Source: a virus. Taken from it: a stretch of 64,000 nt of DNA. The stretch's first letter is position 1; the number at the start of each line of letters is the position of its first letter. Below are positions 28,453 to 37,199 of the stretch, piece after piece. Location of the stretch: positions 1 through 64,000 of the IMG/VR virus record IMGVR_UViG_3300007760_001422, one strand, 5' to 3'. Both the position numbers and the translations under genes were made by a program. Under the pieces are notes generated by a model that worked only from the letters and a program-made list of their open reading frames with translations, did not search any database and was not told the DNA's origin.

Positions 28453-29559
28453 TTAAGAATTTTTATTTAATCCTGCTAGTTTTTGCATCCTTTCTATTGC
28501 GGGATCGATCCTTTTAACTTCTTTGCGAGGCAAAAATGTTGTAGAACGCTTTGATACTACTTCGTTCAGTGATTTTGGTGTGCTATTATTTGAAACACTA
28601 CCCACTGCACTTTGAAGGGTCTCAAAAATTGTTTTTGATTCCTCAATAGATTGAGCTTTTGAAATAGCTTCGACAATTTTATTTTTTTGTCGCTCATTCA
28701 GGGAGTCGCTAAGTAAAATTTTATTTGTATATAATAGTTTAGCATTTGAAAGGTTAACTTCACCAAGTTTCTCTTTCATCTGAAAAACTACACTTTTTAG
28801 GTGTTCGTTGTTTTCTTTTAGTTCGCTGGTTTCATCCTCGGATACTAGTTGGCCGGTGTTAACATCTTTAACTCTTCGGCCGGGCTCTTTTGCTGTCGCA
28901 GTGTCGGATGTTTTTGTGCGCTCTTCAATATCAGCCTGTTCCTCTTCCAGCGGCTTAAGTCTATCGTCTGGTGTGTCGCCGGGGTTTCGATCAGGAGAGT
29001 TTTTCTTTGTTTTCTCCTCCAGTGATTGATCCTCTTCTTCCTCTAGTTCCTGTGTTTCTTCCTCTAGAGGCGAATCTTCATCCTCATCTAGCATTATTTC
29101 AGACAATTCCTTTATATCTTCTTCAGACAACCCAAAATCTTCATCTCCTTCAATAATGTTCATCAGCACTGATTCCTGAAGTTCGAGTTCTTCATCTTCA
29201 AGCTCGTCGGCAAATTCTTCTCTGTCTTCTAATTCTCCCGAATCCAATTCGGCCGAATCAATCTGGCGCGCTAGCTCATCAAAATCAATCTCAACCTCCT
29301 CTTCTTCATCAGGACAAGGACACAGCTCTTCTCCATCGGTGGCAGCAGAAGGCACCTGATCAGCAAAGTCGCTCTCCTCGTCGGCCGCTGGATCTTCCAG
29401 TGGCTCCTCTTCAAATTCGTCCTGTTCCAATAAATTATTAACCGCTTCTTTGATGTCTTTTGAGTATTTTTCAATTAAAGCTGTTTCTGCATTTTTAATT
29501 GCTGCTTCTTTTAAAGCTTCCGCATCAATGATGGCTTGATCGAGCATGCTAGCTGACAT
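28453..29559 (-). CDS. prohead core / scaffolding protein
   Basis: Very acidic coiled coil directly upstream of MCP; many (L/I)xE sites; C-terminal RMQKLAGL. Confidence 0.8.
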   Translation of the reverse strand: MSASMLDQAIIDAEALKEAAIKNAETALIEKYSKDIKEAVNNLLEQDEFEEEPLEDPAADEESDFADQVPSAATDGEELCPCPDEEEEVEIDFDELARQIDSAELDSGELEDREEFADELEDEELELQESVLMNIIEGDEDFGLSEEDIKELSEIMLDEDEDSPLEEETQELEEEEDQSLEEKTKKNSPDRNPGDTPDDRLKPLEEEQADIEERTKTSDTATAKEPGRRVKDVNTGQLVSEDETSELKENNEHLKSVVFQMKEKLGEVNLSNAKLLYTNKILLSDSLNERQKNKIVEAISKAQSIEESKTIFETLQSAVGSVSNNSTPKSLNEVVSKRSTTFLPRKEVKRIDPAIERMQKLAGLNKNS

Positions 29560-29597
29560 ATGTCTTCTCCTTTAGTTTACGCGTATACAGACAAAAA

Positions 29598-29604
29598 TAA
29601 ATAG
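29598..29604 (-). promoter_or_regulatory. putative late promoter motif CTATTTA before scaffold/MCP
   Basis: Recurrent intergenic heptamer. Confidence 0.55.
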
Positions 29605-29628
29605 TATCGTATTTCATTAAATTCCTTT

Positions 29629-30168
29629 TTAATCCATTCCATAGTAGTCAATGACCACTGTCAAGGTGCCCGAAGTCGAATTTGTTGTGCCATTGCCGGT
29701 ACCAGCATTGCAAATATAGACATATTGATCTGCGGTGCCGTTTCTAACAGTGTCCCTGCAGATCCACACCTCTTTGGGATCGTTTTTCAGATCAATATCG
29801 GATGCGCTAGCGCTATCTGTAGCGTCGGTGTTTGATACGCCGGCACCAAGTAGTTCTGTCCCGGAAGCGATCTCTGCATCGGGCGCCGTGCCAGTGGTAG
29901 CGGACATCTGAATATTAACACTGTGTGTTGAAAGGTTGCTGGCTGTTTTCACAATGGCTGCCACGCTGGTTATAATCGCATTTGCTGGAATTTTCATCGA
30001 CGCAGGCAATTCAACGACTACGTGGTCATCTTCGTTGTGGGCAAATCTGATATCTTGATCTATGGAAATTGTATGTCTTCCCAGACCAACAGACAAAATG
30101 TTAGTTGATATACTACTTTTGTCTAATTCGTCTTCTTCGTCATGAAATTTCTTATTTGGTCCTGACAT
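29629..30168 (-). CDS. putative virion (decoration-like) protein
   Basis: Beta-rich; IPANAIIT...GTLTVVIDY resembles capsid decoration/cement proteins; in the head cluster. Confidence 0.5.
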   Translation of the reverse strand: MSGPNKKFHDEEDELDKSSISTNILSVGLGRHTISIDQDIRFAHNEDDHVVVELPASMKIPANAIITSVAAIVKTASNLSTHSVNIQMSATTGTAPDAEIASGTELLGAGVSNTDATDSASASDIDLKNDPKEVWICRDTVRNGTADQYVYICNAGTGNGTTNSTSGTLTVVIDYYGMD

Positions 30169-30180
30169 TAATGTTTTCTC

Positions 30181-30705
30181 CTATGTTTCATCCGTTATAC
30201 CGGATCCAGTCATTGTAAACATTTCGTCCGAATCAACACTGGTCAGCTCTGCAAACAAAAGAAACGAGCCAGATACACCAGTTGCCTGTGCTGAAGTTGG
30301 GCTATCGTTGAATCCCAAACATGTAATATTCACAGTGCTGCATTTTACATCAAATGTAAAAGAGTCGTTAGGATCCGCCAACTCAACATAGTGATTGTTT
30401 TTAATTTGTGGAATATTTACCCCATTCCACTTTGTTGACCAATGGTAAACTCCATAATAATTATCCGCCAATGTTTCAGCAGATGGTGGTGGGCCAAAAT
30501 GTACCACTAGTGAACCGGTGTTAACTGTGCTGTGCATTCCGTTTTCTGCAACATTGTTAACAATTGTGATCGACTTTGCAACGGTTGGAAATTGCACAGT
30601 TACTGAGCCTGATGGTTGAAGGGATGAACCAGTTATCCACGCGTGGCCAGCTGTGGTAAAGGCCGGCTGATATCCTAGGCCCGAGCGGTATCGATGTGTT
30701 GGCAT
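30181..30705 (-). CDS. putative virion protein
   Basis: 174 aa, AGGAG RBS, late motif at 30749-30755, five [ST]GS motifs. Confidence 0.6.
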   Translation of the reverse strand: MPTHRYRSGLGYQPAFTTAGHAWITGSSLQPSGSVTVQFPTVAKSITIVNNVAENGMHSTVNTGSLVVHFGPPPSAETLADNYYGVYHWSTKWNGVNIPQIKNNHYVELADPNDSFTFDVKCSTVNITCLGFNDSPTSAQATGVSGSFLLFAELTSVDSDEMFTMTGSGITDET

Positions 30706-30761
30706 TTCTTTCTCCTTGTTAAAAAGTCATGGGATTTAAAGCTAATAATAAATAGTTCTCT

Positions 30762-30797
30762 AAAAAAGAAAAAGCCCACCTGTCGAAACAGGTGGGC
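30762..30797 (-). terminator. intrinsic terminator
   Basis: GCCCACCTGT-TTCG-ACAGGTGGGC followed by TTTTTCTTTTTT. Confidence 0.9.
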
Positions 30798-30824
30798 CAA
30801 TTAACAAAAGTTAATTAATTATTT

Positions 30825-33398
30825 TTATTTTTTAAGGTTAGCGATGGCAGCTTTAAGTTCACTAATCTCATACTGCTGGGCCTTTACAGACTCAACGAGA
30901 ATAGTGGTTAGCTTCGCATAGTCAATACCAAGACCACCTTCAACGGTTCCACCGTATACAACCTCTGGAACTACTTCTTTAACCTCTTGGGCTATGAAAC
31001 CAATATCTTTGGCTCCATCACTCTTCCAATCGTAAGAAACTCCACGCAAGCTCATGAGTTTATCCATTGGATTAACAAGAGTCTTGACGTTCTCTTTAAG
31101 AGTTTCATCAGAATAAGTAACGAAAGAGTGTGCTTTCGCGGTACCATAAGAAGAATTGTTCGGAAGAACGAGACCGTTCGTGCCGTCCCAGAAAGTAGCT
31201 ATAGCTCTTTCCGTTCCAGCCACCAAACAACTAACTACAACCTTTCCGTCTTCTTCGGTGTTTGTAACATCCAAAGAATAACCTGCAATGTTTGCATACT
31301 CGGTTGAGTTTCCACCAGAATCATCACCGGCGAACTCAATCATACCCAAACCGTCATTGTCAGCAGGGCTGGCAGAATCATGGTTGAATTTGAGTATCGC
31401 GGCTTCGGTGTCAGCATTGGAGTTTTTAATCTCGACCACTGGTTTTTCACTAGTCGAAGAATCAATAACAAGACTGGGTGTTGTCATTAAAACTGCAGTA
31501 GCTGCATTTACATCTAATGTCGGAGCAGTAAGGTCGATCTCCGTTGGAGCGGCCACTGCGGTAACACCAGAACCAGCACTACCAATGTATTGATCATCGT
31601 TGTCATCATCTTCGAAGAACAATTTGTTTGTGCTGTTTAATAAAAGACCTTCATTGTGCTTGTGTGTCAAGCTAACATCGGAATCTGCACCAAATCCAAG
31701 TTTGGCGTCATCAGAATCCAACTCAAGGTCATCACCGACATAAAGGTCGGCAGCAACACTTGCACCACCTGCAACAGTTAGCGCACCAGAAGTTGTGCTA
31801 GAAGCTGCAGTAGTTGCTATAATTGCAACTTGTTGACTTGCGTCAACGGTGATTGCGGCTGTTGTGCCATGAGTGGCGCCAACACCAATCTCAAGCTTGT
31901 CAGCACTGTCATCTAGACCCATGCGGAAATCTTGTGCATTACCGTCAAAGACCAAGAAAGTATCCTCCGCACCAGCATCACCGATAGTGAGTTTGGGCGT
32001 GGTTCCTTTGATAACAACACCGGCTGAACCAACTTCCATGTCAATTTGGCCATCTGCTTCAAGTTTCAAAACACCGTCCGAAGACTGTGCGATGAAGGTA
32101 TCGGCATCACCGAATTGCAACTCTCTGCTGCTGTTAAGCAGAATACCGTCATTGTGAACGTGAGTCAGCGTAACGTCGCCGTCATCACCCAAGGAAATGA
32201 CACAGCTGTCAGAGTCCATGAGAAGATCGTCACCAACTTTAATGTCACCATCAGACGAATAGATCACTGCTTTGCTGTTAACAACAGTACCGGCCGAACA
32301 TCCGTCCACCAAGTTTAACTCTTCTGGAGTAGAAGTAACTGAAGTGGTGCTTGCCGCGGCAAGAACTGGTATGTAATACGTACCGGCTGCCATGGCAGGC
32401 AAGTTTAATGTCGCATCTGCAGTTGGATCAATGATACCTAAAGTGGTTTCGTGAGAGTTGGCCGAAGACCCTTCAAACACGAAAGCATTTGTTACATCGA
32501 TATAAGTTTGATTAACAGACGTTGTGGTACCATTAACAGTCAAGTCTCCTGTAACCGTCAAGTTGTCGTTAACTGTCGTCTCGGAGGTCGTGTGACCAAT
32601 CGAAACTGCAATACCGGAAGTTTCGGTTGCAATCTTTAATGCACCAACGGCGTTGGTGATATACGAATTTGTACCATCATGGTAAAGTTGTAAATCGTCG
32701 CCAGTACCTAATTTGATATTAGCGCTATCCGGCATGTCTACGTGAGTAGCAGGTGAAAGCACACCCGCAACGTCAACAGTGCTGGAAAAGTCTGCAGTAC
32801 CATTGAAATCAAGTGCCGTAGCGGTGAAATCAATTTCATCCGTTGCACCAAGTGCCAAAATAGCATTGCTTGATCCGTGGATAAACTGTGACGCGTCGTT
32901 GAATTCAATCTTTTTGGTACCAGCCATCAATAAAGAATCTGCTGATCCATCAATTCTGAAGATCTCTGTTCCGCCTGCATCTTCGAAGACGGCATCTCCA
33001 GCCGTAGTGGCCAAGTCAATTTTAAGACCTGTTGTTCCACCATCTTTGAAAGTGAAATCTCCGCCGTCTGCGTCAAGATTTATGTTACTTGCCACATCGA
33101 GCGTCAAGTCACCGGCGCCGACTGTCATCGAGCACGCGGCGACTGAATTAAATTCTGAAGCCACCAGAGCAGATGCAGATAACGCCGAAGCGCTCACGTG
33201 CAAAGTTGTCACTGGTGTGGAGTGGTTACCCTCTGGACCGATGAACAAAGTCCTTCGATCCGCTTCGTTGCCGGCTCCGGAAGAGCCGCGAGAACCCGAT
33301 ATGTACATCGCACCCAGATTTGAACTAATCGTACCGCTGGTCGACAATTCAAGATCCAGATATGAACCATATGCGGTTGCTGAAATATTACTAGCCAT
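30825..33398 (-). CDS. fibre protein with C-terminal peptidase S74 intramolecular chaperone
   Basis: Gly/Asp/Thr-rich repeats; YSDETLKENV...LRGVSYDWK...IGFIAQEV..VVPEVV...IDYAKL followed by a coiled coil. Confidence 0.88.
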   Translation of the reverse strand: MASNISATAYGSYLDLELSTSGTISSNLGAMYISGSRGSSGAGNEADRRTLFIGPEGNHSTPVTTLHVSASALSASALVASEFNSVAACSMTVGAGDLTLDVASNINLDADGGDFTFKDGGTTGLKIDLATTAGDAVFEDAGGTEIFRIDGSADSLLMAGTKKIEFNDASQFIHGSSNAILALGATDEIDFTATALDFNGTADFSSTVDVAGVLSPATHVDMPDSANIKLGTGDDLQLYHDGTNSYITNAVGALKIATETSGIAVSIGHTTSETTVNDNLTVTGDLTVNGTTTSVNQTYIDVTNAFVFEGSSANSHETTLGIIDPTADATLNLPAMAAGTYYIPVLAAASTTSVTSTPEELNLVDGCSAGTVVNSKAVIYSSDGDIKVGDDLLMDSDSCVISLGDDGDVTLTHVHNDGILLNSSRELQFGDADTFIAQSSDGVLKLEADGQIDMEVGSAGVVIKGTTPKLTIGDAGAEDTFLVFDGNAQDFRMGLDDSADKLEIGVGATHGTTAAITVDASQQVAIIATTAASSTTSGALTVAGGASVAADLYVGDDLELDSDDAKLGFGADSDVSLTHKHNEGLLLNSTNKLFFEDDDNDDQYIGSAGSGVTAVAAPTEIDLTAPTLDVNAATAVLMTTPSLVIDSSTSEKPVVEIKNSNADTEAAILKFNHDSASPADNDGLGMIEFAGDDSGGNSTEYANIAGYSLDVTNTEEDGKVVVSCLVAGTERAIATFWDGTNGLVLPNNSSYGTAKAHSFVTYSDETLKENVKTLVNPMDKLMSLRGVSYDWKSDGAKDIGFIAQEVKEVVPEVVYGGTVEGGLGIDYAKLTTILVESVKAQQYEISELKAAIANLKK

Positions 33399-33434
33399 TA
33401 TATTTTCCCCCCTTTGGAAATATGTTTAATGTAA

Positions 33435-33469
33435 ACACCTCCAGTATATTTAAAACACACCGGTGGCGT
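33435..33469 (-). promoter_or_regulatory. G-U-rich hairpin in the 5' UTR of the fibre gene
   Basis: ACGCC-A-CCGGTGTGT-TTTAA-ATATACTGG-A-GGTGT, just downstream of CTATTTA at 33477-33483. Confidence 0.5.
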
Positions 33470-33556
33470 TGTATCTTAAATAGGGCCCGCATGCAGCGTT
33501 TAGAAGTGAAAAAAAATATTATTTTTAAAAGATGTGTAATGTGAAAAAGATGCGAA

Positions 33557-34723
33557 TCACGATCCGTCTTTTGTCGATCTGCGATCCGATTTAAGTTTGT
33601 TTTCTAGTGAAGATATTTTCTTTTGTTGTTCCTTAACCGCCTCAACCAATATTGGTACTAATCTGGTATAGTCCATACTATAGGCATCGACCCCTTCCGT
33701 TTCCCAGTCAACTATGTCCGGGAGTATTGTACCAACCTCTTCCGCAATGAAACCCAAATCTTCTTTGGTGGAGTTTTTCCACTTGTATGTTACGCCCCTT
33801 AATTTCATAATTGTGTCTATCGGCTCTTCAATGGTCTTAATATCCTCCTTGTAGCGTTTCGACGAATAAGATACAAATGCATTAGCTTTGATGCGACCTG
33901 CAGCGCCGGCGGTATTGGGCAACGTTAATCTGTGAGTTGCACTGTCTGCAGCGACACCCATACCAACATAGCCTGTACTATCATTATAAACCACACTAGA
34001 GGCGGCTCCGAATGCATTTCCGCCATTATTATACTGAAATTGAGTGTCGGCGCCGGCTGGGCGGCCTTCTGTAAGGTCGGTTTCGGCTAGCTCGTTAGAT
34101 CTCCAATAAACCTTGCCATTAGTTTTAGCATATAAATAACCACCAGCACCATCGGACGGCGCGGATGGGGTGGAAGATTCAGCCGAAATGTGCACCAGTC
34201 CCGCAATTGTGGCGGCATTACCATAAATATTACTACCAGATACCACAGAGCCTGTAATTGCACCCAATGCCGATATATTTAGCGTTGTTACTGTATTGTT
34301 AACATATAACGGTTTGTTGAGTTCCATCCTAGAATTGGCATGAGACCACAAGAAAGACGCATCAGTGCCGTCTATTTTAAAGCCGGCCCCGTTCGCAGCA
34401 GAAGAGTCTGCGGCTCCGGAAGCGACTAGTATTGTTGCATCTTGTATAAAAAGTTCTGTTCTTGTATATGCGTCGATGTTCCCAACCACTGTTAGGTTGC
34501 CATTTATTTTAACATCATCGGCCAAGGAAAAGTTAATATCCCCAGAGCCGGAATTAACAGTTATATTTGAATCCCCATTAATTCTAGCGGGTGAGTATAG
34601 CTTGGTGCTGGAGTCATATAAGAGGAACTCACCAGTGACGGGTGGTGATATGTCCACATCGGCAAAGAGAGACAGCGGTTGATCTTGTATTTGTGATGTG
34701 ACAGATTTAGAAAAGCTACCCAT
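33557..34723 (-). CDS. second fibre protein with S74 chaperone
   Basis: YSSKRYKEDI...LRGVTYKWK...LGFIAEEV..ILPDIV...MDYTRL. Confidence 0.85.
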   Translation of the reverse strand: MGSFSKSVTSQIQDQPLSLFADVDISPPVTGEFLLYDSSTKLYSPARINGDSNITVNSGSGDINFSLADDVKINGNLTVVGNIDAYTRTELFIQDATILVASGAADSSAANGAGFKIDGTDASFLWSHANSRMELNKPLYVNNTVTTLNISALGAITGSVVSGSNIYGNAATIAGLVHISAESSTPSAPSDGAGGYLYAKTNGKVYWRSNELAETDLTEGRPAGADTQFQYNNGGNAFGAASSVVYNDSTGYVGMGVAADSATHRLTLPNTAGAAGRIKANAFVSYSSKRYKEDIKTIEEPIDTIMKLRGVTYKWKNSTKEDLGFIAEEVGTILPDIVDWETEGVDAYSMDYTRLVPILVEAVKEQQKKISSLENKLKSDRRSTKDGS

Positions 34724-34752
34724 GCTAATAAATATTTGGGCGGGCGCTTAAG

Positions 34753-34950
34753 CTACTTTTTTTTTATTTTTTTTCGGCGTTCAGCTTCTTTTCTTCTTTT
34801 GGTGGAAGGCTTTTCATAATACATTTTTTCGCGATAGCGGTCAAGAATTTCTTGTTTTTTAACTTTTTTGATAAAGCGGCGCACCATCTTTTCTAGGGGC
34901 TCATCGGGATATTTAGGTTTAACTTCAACGTTAATTGTGCGCTTAGCCAT
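34753..34950 (-). CDS. rpsU: ribosomal protein bS21 (phage-encoded)
   Basis: MAKRTINVEVK...EPLEKMVRRFIKKVKKQEILDRYREKMYYEKPSTKRR matches the bS21 pattern (RRFKK...YEKPS); ATG at 34950. Confidence 0.88.
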   Translation of the reverse strand: MAKRTINVEVKPKYPDEPLEKMVRRFIKKVKKQEILDRYREKMYYEKPSTKRRKEAERRKKIKKK

Positions 34951-34951
34951 T

Positions 34952-35389
34952 CTATTTAACCAACGCCTTCCATGAGCCAGCAGCAACATTCATTATTCCC
35001 GATATGTCAACGCCAGAATCGTTTGGATCCATATTAGATAAAGCGCTGTGTGGCTGGCTATTGCCCTTCTCGCTTCCGCCGGTGGCCAATGGCTTGGTAC
35101 CCTCAAACAAGTTAACGCCACCATACGCATCGGCGTTAATGGCATCGTTCAGTCTTTTTCTTTGCAAATCTAAAGCTTCCTTGTATTGGCTCTCTTTGAT
35201 TCTCATTTGCTGCTCTGTAATTTGTTCTGTCTGGGGGGATGTTTCTTTTGAATTGACAAGACTAGAGGCGTTAACTCCCTGCATAACTTCGGAAATGACA
35301 CTAGACAAGATTCCCTCCTCTATAAGAGACTCTAAAATACACTCCTTAACAATTGGCTTAATAATTCTTTTAAGATCTGATTTCTTCAT
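34952..35389 (-). CDS. hypothetical head-cluster protein (MKKSDLKRIIKPIVKE variant motif)
   Basis: 145-aa ORF in the head operon. Confidence 0.7.
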   Translation of the reverse strand: MKKSDLKRIIKPIVKECILESLIEEGILSSVISEVMQGVNASSLVNSKETSPQTEQITEQQMRIKESQYKEALDLQRKRLNDAINADAYGGVNLFEGTKPLATGGSEKGNSQPHSALSNMDPNDSGVDISGIMNVAAGSWKALVK

Positions 35390-35401
35390 TTATACCTTCT
35401 G

Positions 35402-36082
35402 TTACTCTTCGTAATAACTCTTCTTTTTCGACGGGAGATCAAATCCATGTTGTCTATAGCATGATTCTTCATAAGGTGCAAATTCCCGTACACTTGGGGG
35501 ACCGTGTTGGCTAGTTGTAAGTTCTTCGCGCTTCTTCTCCAGACACCGATTTAGCGCTTCCCTCCTCTCTTCTTTTGACAATCCTCTGCTGCCGCGTCTT
35601 TTTTCAAACTCTTTTTCTTCTTTTTCGCGGTCCCATTGTCTCAACTGTTCGTTGTCCCTGATTTTATCCGCACGGTCTTTCGAAACCCTCTTCTCGGCGT
35701 GACCCTGCACTTGGATAATCAATGCTGTTATATCTTTGATTTTTTGTCTTGCCTTCTCTTTGTCGCTTGAGTCGCCAAGGTTTTTGGCATTTACTCCAAA
35801 TGCTCGTTCGGCTTGGCGTCTTATTCCTTCAAGTTCGTCAAGGAGGGCTTCAAATTGACTGGCTTTGGTGCGCGGTCCTCCTCTTTTGAGTTTTTTAAAT
35901 TTATTTTCCAAGTCCTCTAGCTCAAAGTCGATTCTTATAAACATCCCCGCAGCATCTCTTGATTTAAACCCTAGCATCTTTTTAAGAAAATTCATGTCTT
36001 TGACGCTACCCACTTGCTCGGTCATGACTGCTTCAATTTCTTCTTTGATAATTTGTTTTAGTTTTGATTTAGCAATATTCAT
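35402..36082 (-). CDS. protein with N-terminal MNIAKSKLKQIIKEE motif (putative internal head protein)
   Basis: Directly downstream of the prohead protease; highly charged helical body. Confidence 0.7.
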   Translation of the reverse strand: MNIAKSKLKQIIKEEIEAVMTEQVGSVKDMNFLKKMLGFKSRDAAGMFIRIDFELEDLENKFKKLKRGGPRTKASQFEALLDELEGIRRQAERAFGVNAKNLGDSSDKEKARQKIKDITALIIQVQGHAEKRVSKDRADKIRDNEQLRQWDREKEEKEFEKRRGSRGLSKEERREALNRCLEKKREELTTSQHGPPSVREFAPYEESCYRQHGFDLPSKKKSYYEE

Positions 36083-36083
36083 T

Positions 36084-36692
36084 CTATTTTTTCCTTAAAA
36101 CTTCATTCAATGCTCTGTTGATTCTGTCGCCTTTTGTAAAAATCTTGCTAAGGTTTTTCTCCATACCCTCGGTCATCATATACGCGCCGGGGGTTGATGG
36201 TTCCGAAACAAAATCAAAACAAATTAACTGAAAGTCGTCTTCAACGATTGTTTTTCCTTGGGATTCTCTGACAGAGCCTAGGCCTCTGGAAGAAATACCT
36301 AGCTTTACTCCGGACTCAACGAGCGATTTAAGCACTTGGCCGGCCGGAGTGTTCAAAACTTGCACCTTGCCCATAACATCGCCGCCGTTCCACCAAACAT
36401 CAGTAACAAGGTGTGATGCATTTTTAAGATTTATAACGGAGTCTTCAGGGTGGTCTAGTTCGCCCAGTGCGCGGCGCTCTTGTACAAGCTTGCCATAATT
36501 TTCTACCTCTCTCTCTAATATTTTTCTGGGGTAGACGCGACCGTTGCCGTTCAATTCATCGCACTTCTGCATTATTCCAGATAAAATTAGTGTGCCCTCT
36601 CTTACTAGGCGCTTTTCGTCTTCTGTGAGGAGATCTTGGCAGACACCACCTTCACAAAGCTCATAATATTCTCTCAAAAGAAGTTTAGACAT
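36084..36692 (-). CDS. prohead protease (T4 gp21-like)
   Basis: NGNGRVYP, ALGELDHP, TPAGQ, LGISSRGLGS, DFVSEPS. Confidence 0.93.
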   Translation of the reverse strand: MSKLLLREYYELCEGGVCQDLLTEDEKRLVREGTLILSGIMQKCDELNGNGRVYPRKILEREVENYGKLVQERRALGELDHPEDSVINLKNASHLVTDVWWNGGDVMGKVQVLNTPAGQVLKSLVESGVKLGISSRGLGSVRESQGKTIVEDDFQLICFDFVSEPSTPGAYMMTEGMEKNLSKIFTKGDRINRALNEVLRKK

Positions 36693-36759
36693 TATCAGTA
36701 AACCTTTTCCTCATAGCGGCTTCCGCCTTAATTCTAGATGCGGGCGCTACCCGCGCGCA

Positions 36760-36816
36760 TTAAGAGCCCTTGCAACAACGTCGAACAGGCTGTAGTTTCC
36801 ACTTTTTATTTATCAT
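36760..36816 (-). CDS. putative 18-aa peptide MINKKWKLQPVRRCCKGS
   Basis: GGAG 6 nt before ATG; overlaps the end of the upstream membrane-protein gene; below the ORF-track cut-off. Confidence 0.5.
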   Translation of the reverse strand: MINKKWKLQPVRRCCKGS

Positions 36817-37189
36817 CCCAATCTCCAAAATCTTCTAAGTCCTCGTCGTGTAGCGCACTGTTGCCATGCATTCCGCCGGAATTGAAGGGATCTTCCTTCT
36901 CTGCGAAAAGCACATTCAACATATACGAAGTGCCCGAACTCAAGCATCCTAAAATAAGTAAATTCGCCCAAGTATATTCAAAATTAAATAGTTCTGTAAA
37001 TTTGTTTATACCAAATAAAAACACGCCAACCCAAAAACCCATACACATTGAACAATTGAAAAGCTGTCCAAAGCCCTTCAGCCAACTGGCGTCGGGGCGA
37101 ATTGCATCGAATATTGAACCGTAAACAATGATTTGTGTAAGACCGTGGGCTGCGAGAATAAAATATATTAGTTCTAATGTTAGCTCCAT
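36806..37189 (-). CDS. membrane protein with CxxCxGFW motif (DUF1360-like)
   Basis: Three hydrophobic segments; LFNCSMCMGFWVG. Confidence 0.65.
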   Translation of the reverse strand: MELTLELIYFILAAHGLTQIIVYGSIFDAIRPDASWLKGFGQLFNCSMCMGFWVGVFLFGINKFTELFNFEYTWANLLILGCLSSGTSYMLNVLFAEKEDPFNSGGMHGNSALHDEDLEDFGDWDDK

Positions 37190-37199
37190 AACTCCTCTT

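Noticed and set aside
30825-34723. Diversity-generating retroelement targeting the fibres
   Set aside because: No reverse transcriptase and no template/variable repeat pair seen in the window.
36704-36715. 12-nt match TATGAGGAAAAG shared with 450-461 at the tRNA break point
   Set aside because: Short, purine-rich and RBS-like; compatible with chance.
36739-36762. SECIS/selenoprotein reading of the RRCCKGS peptide hairpin
   Set aside because: The stop is TAA, not TGA.
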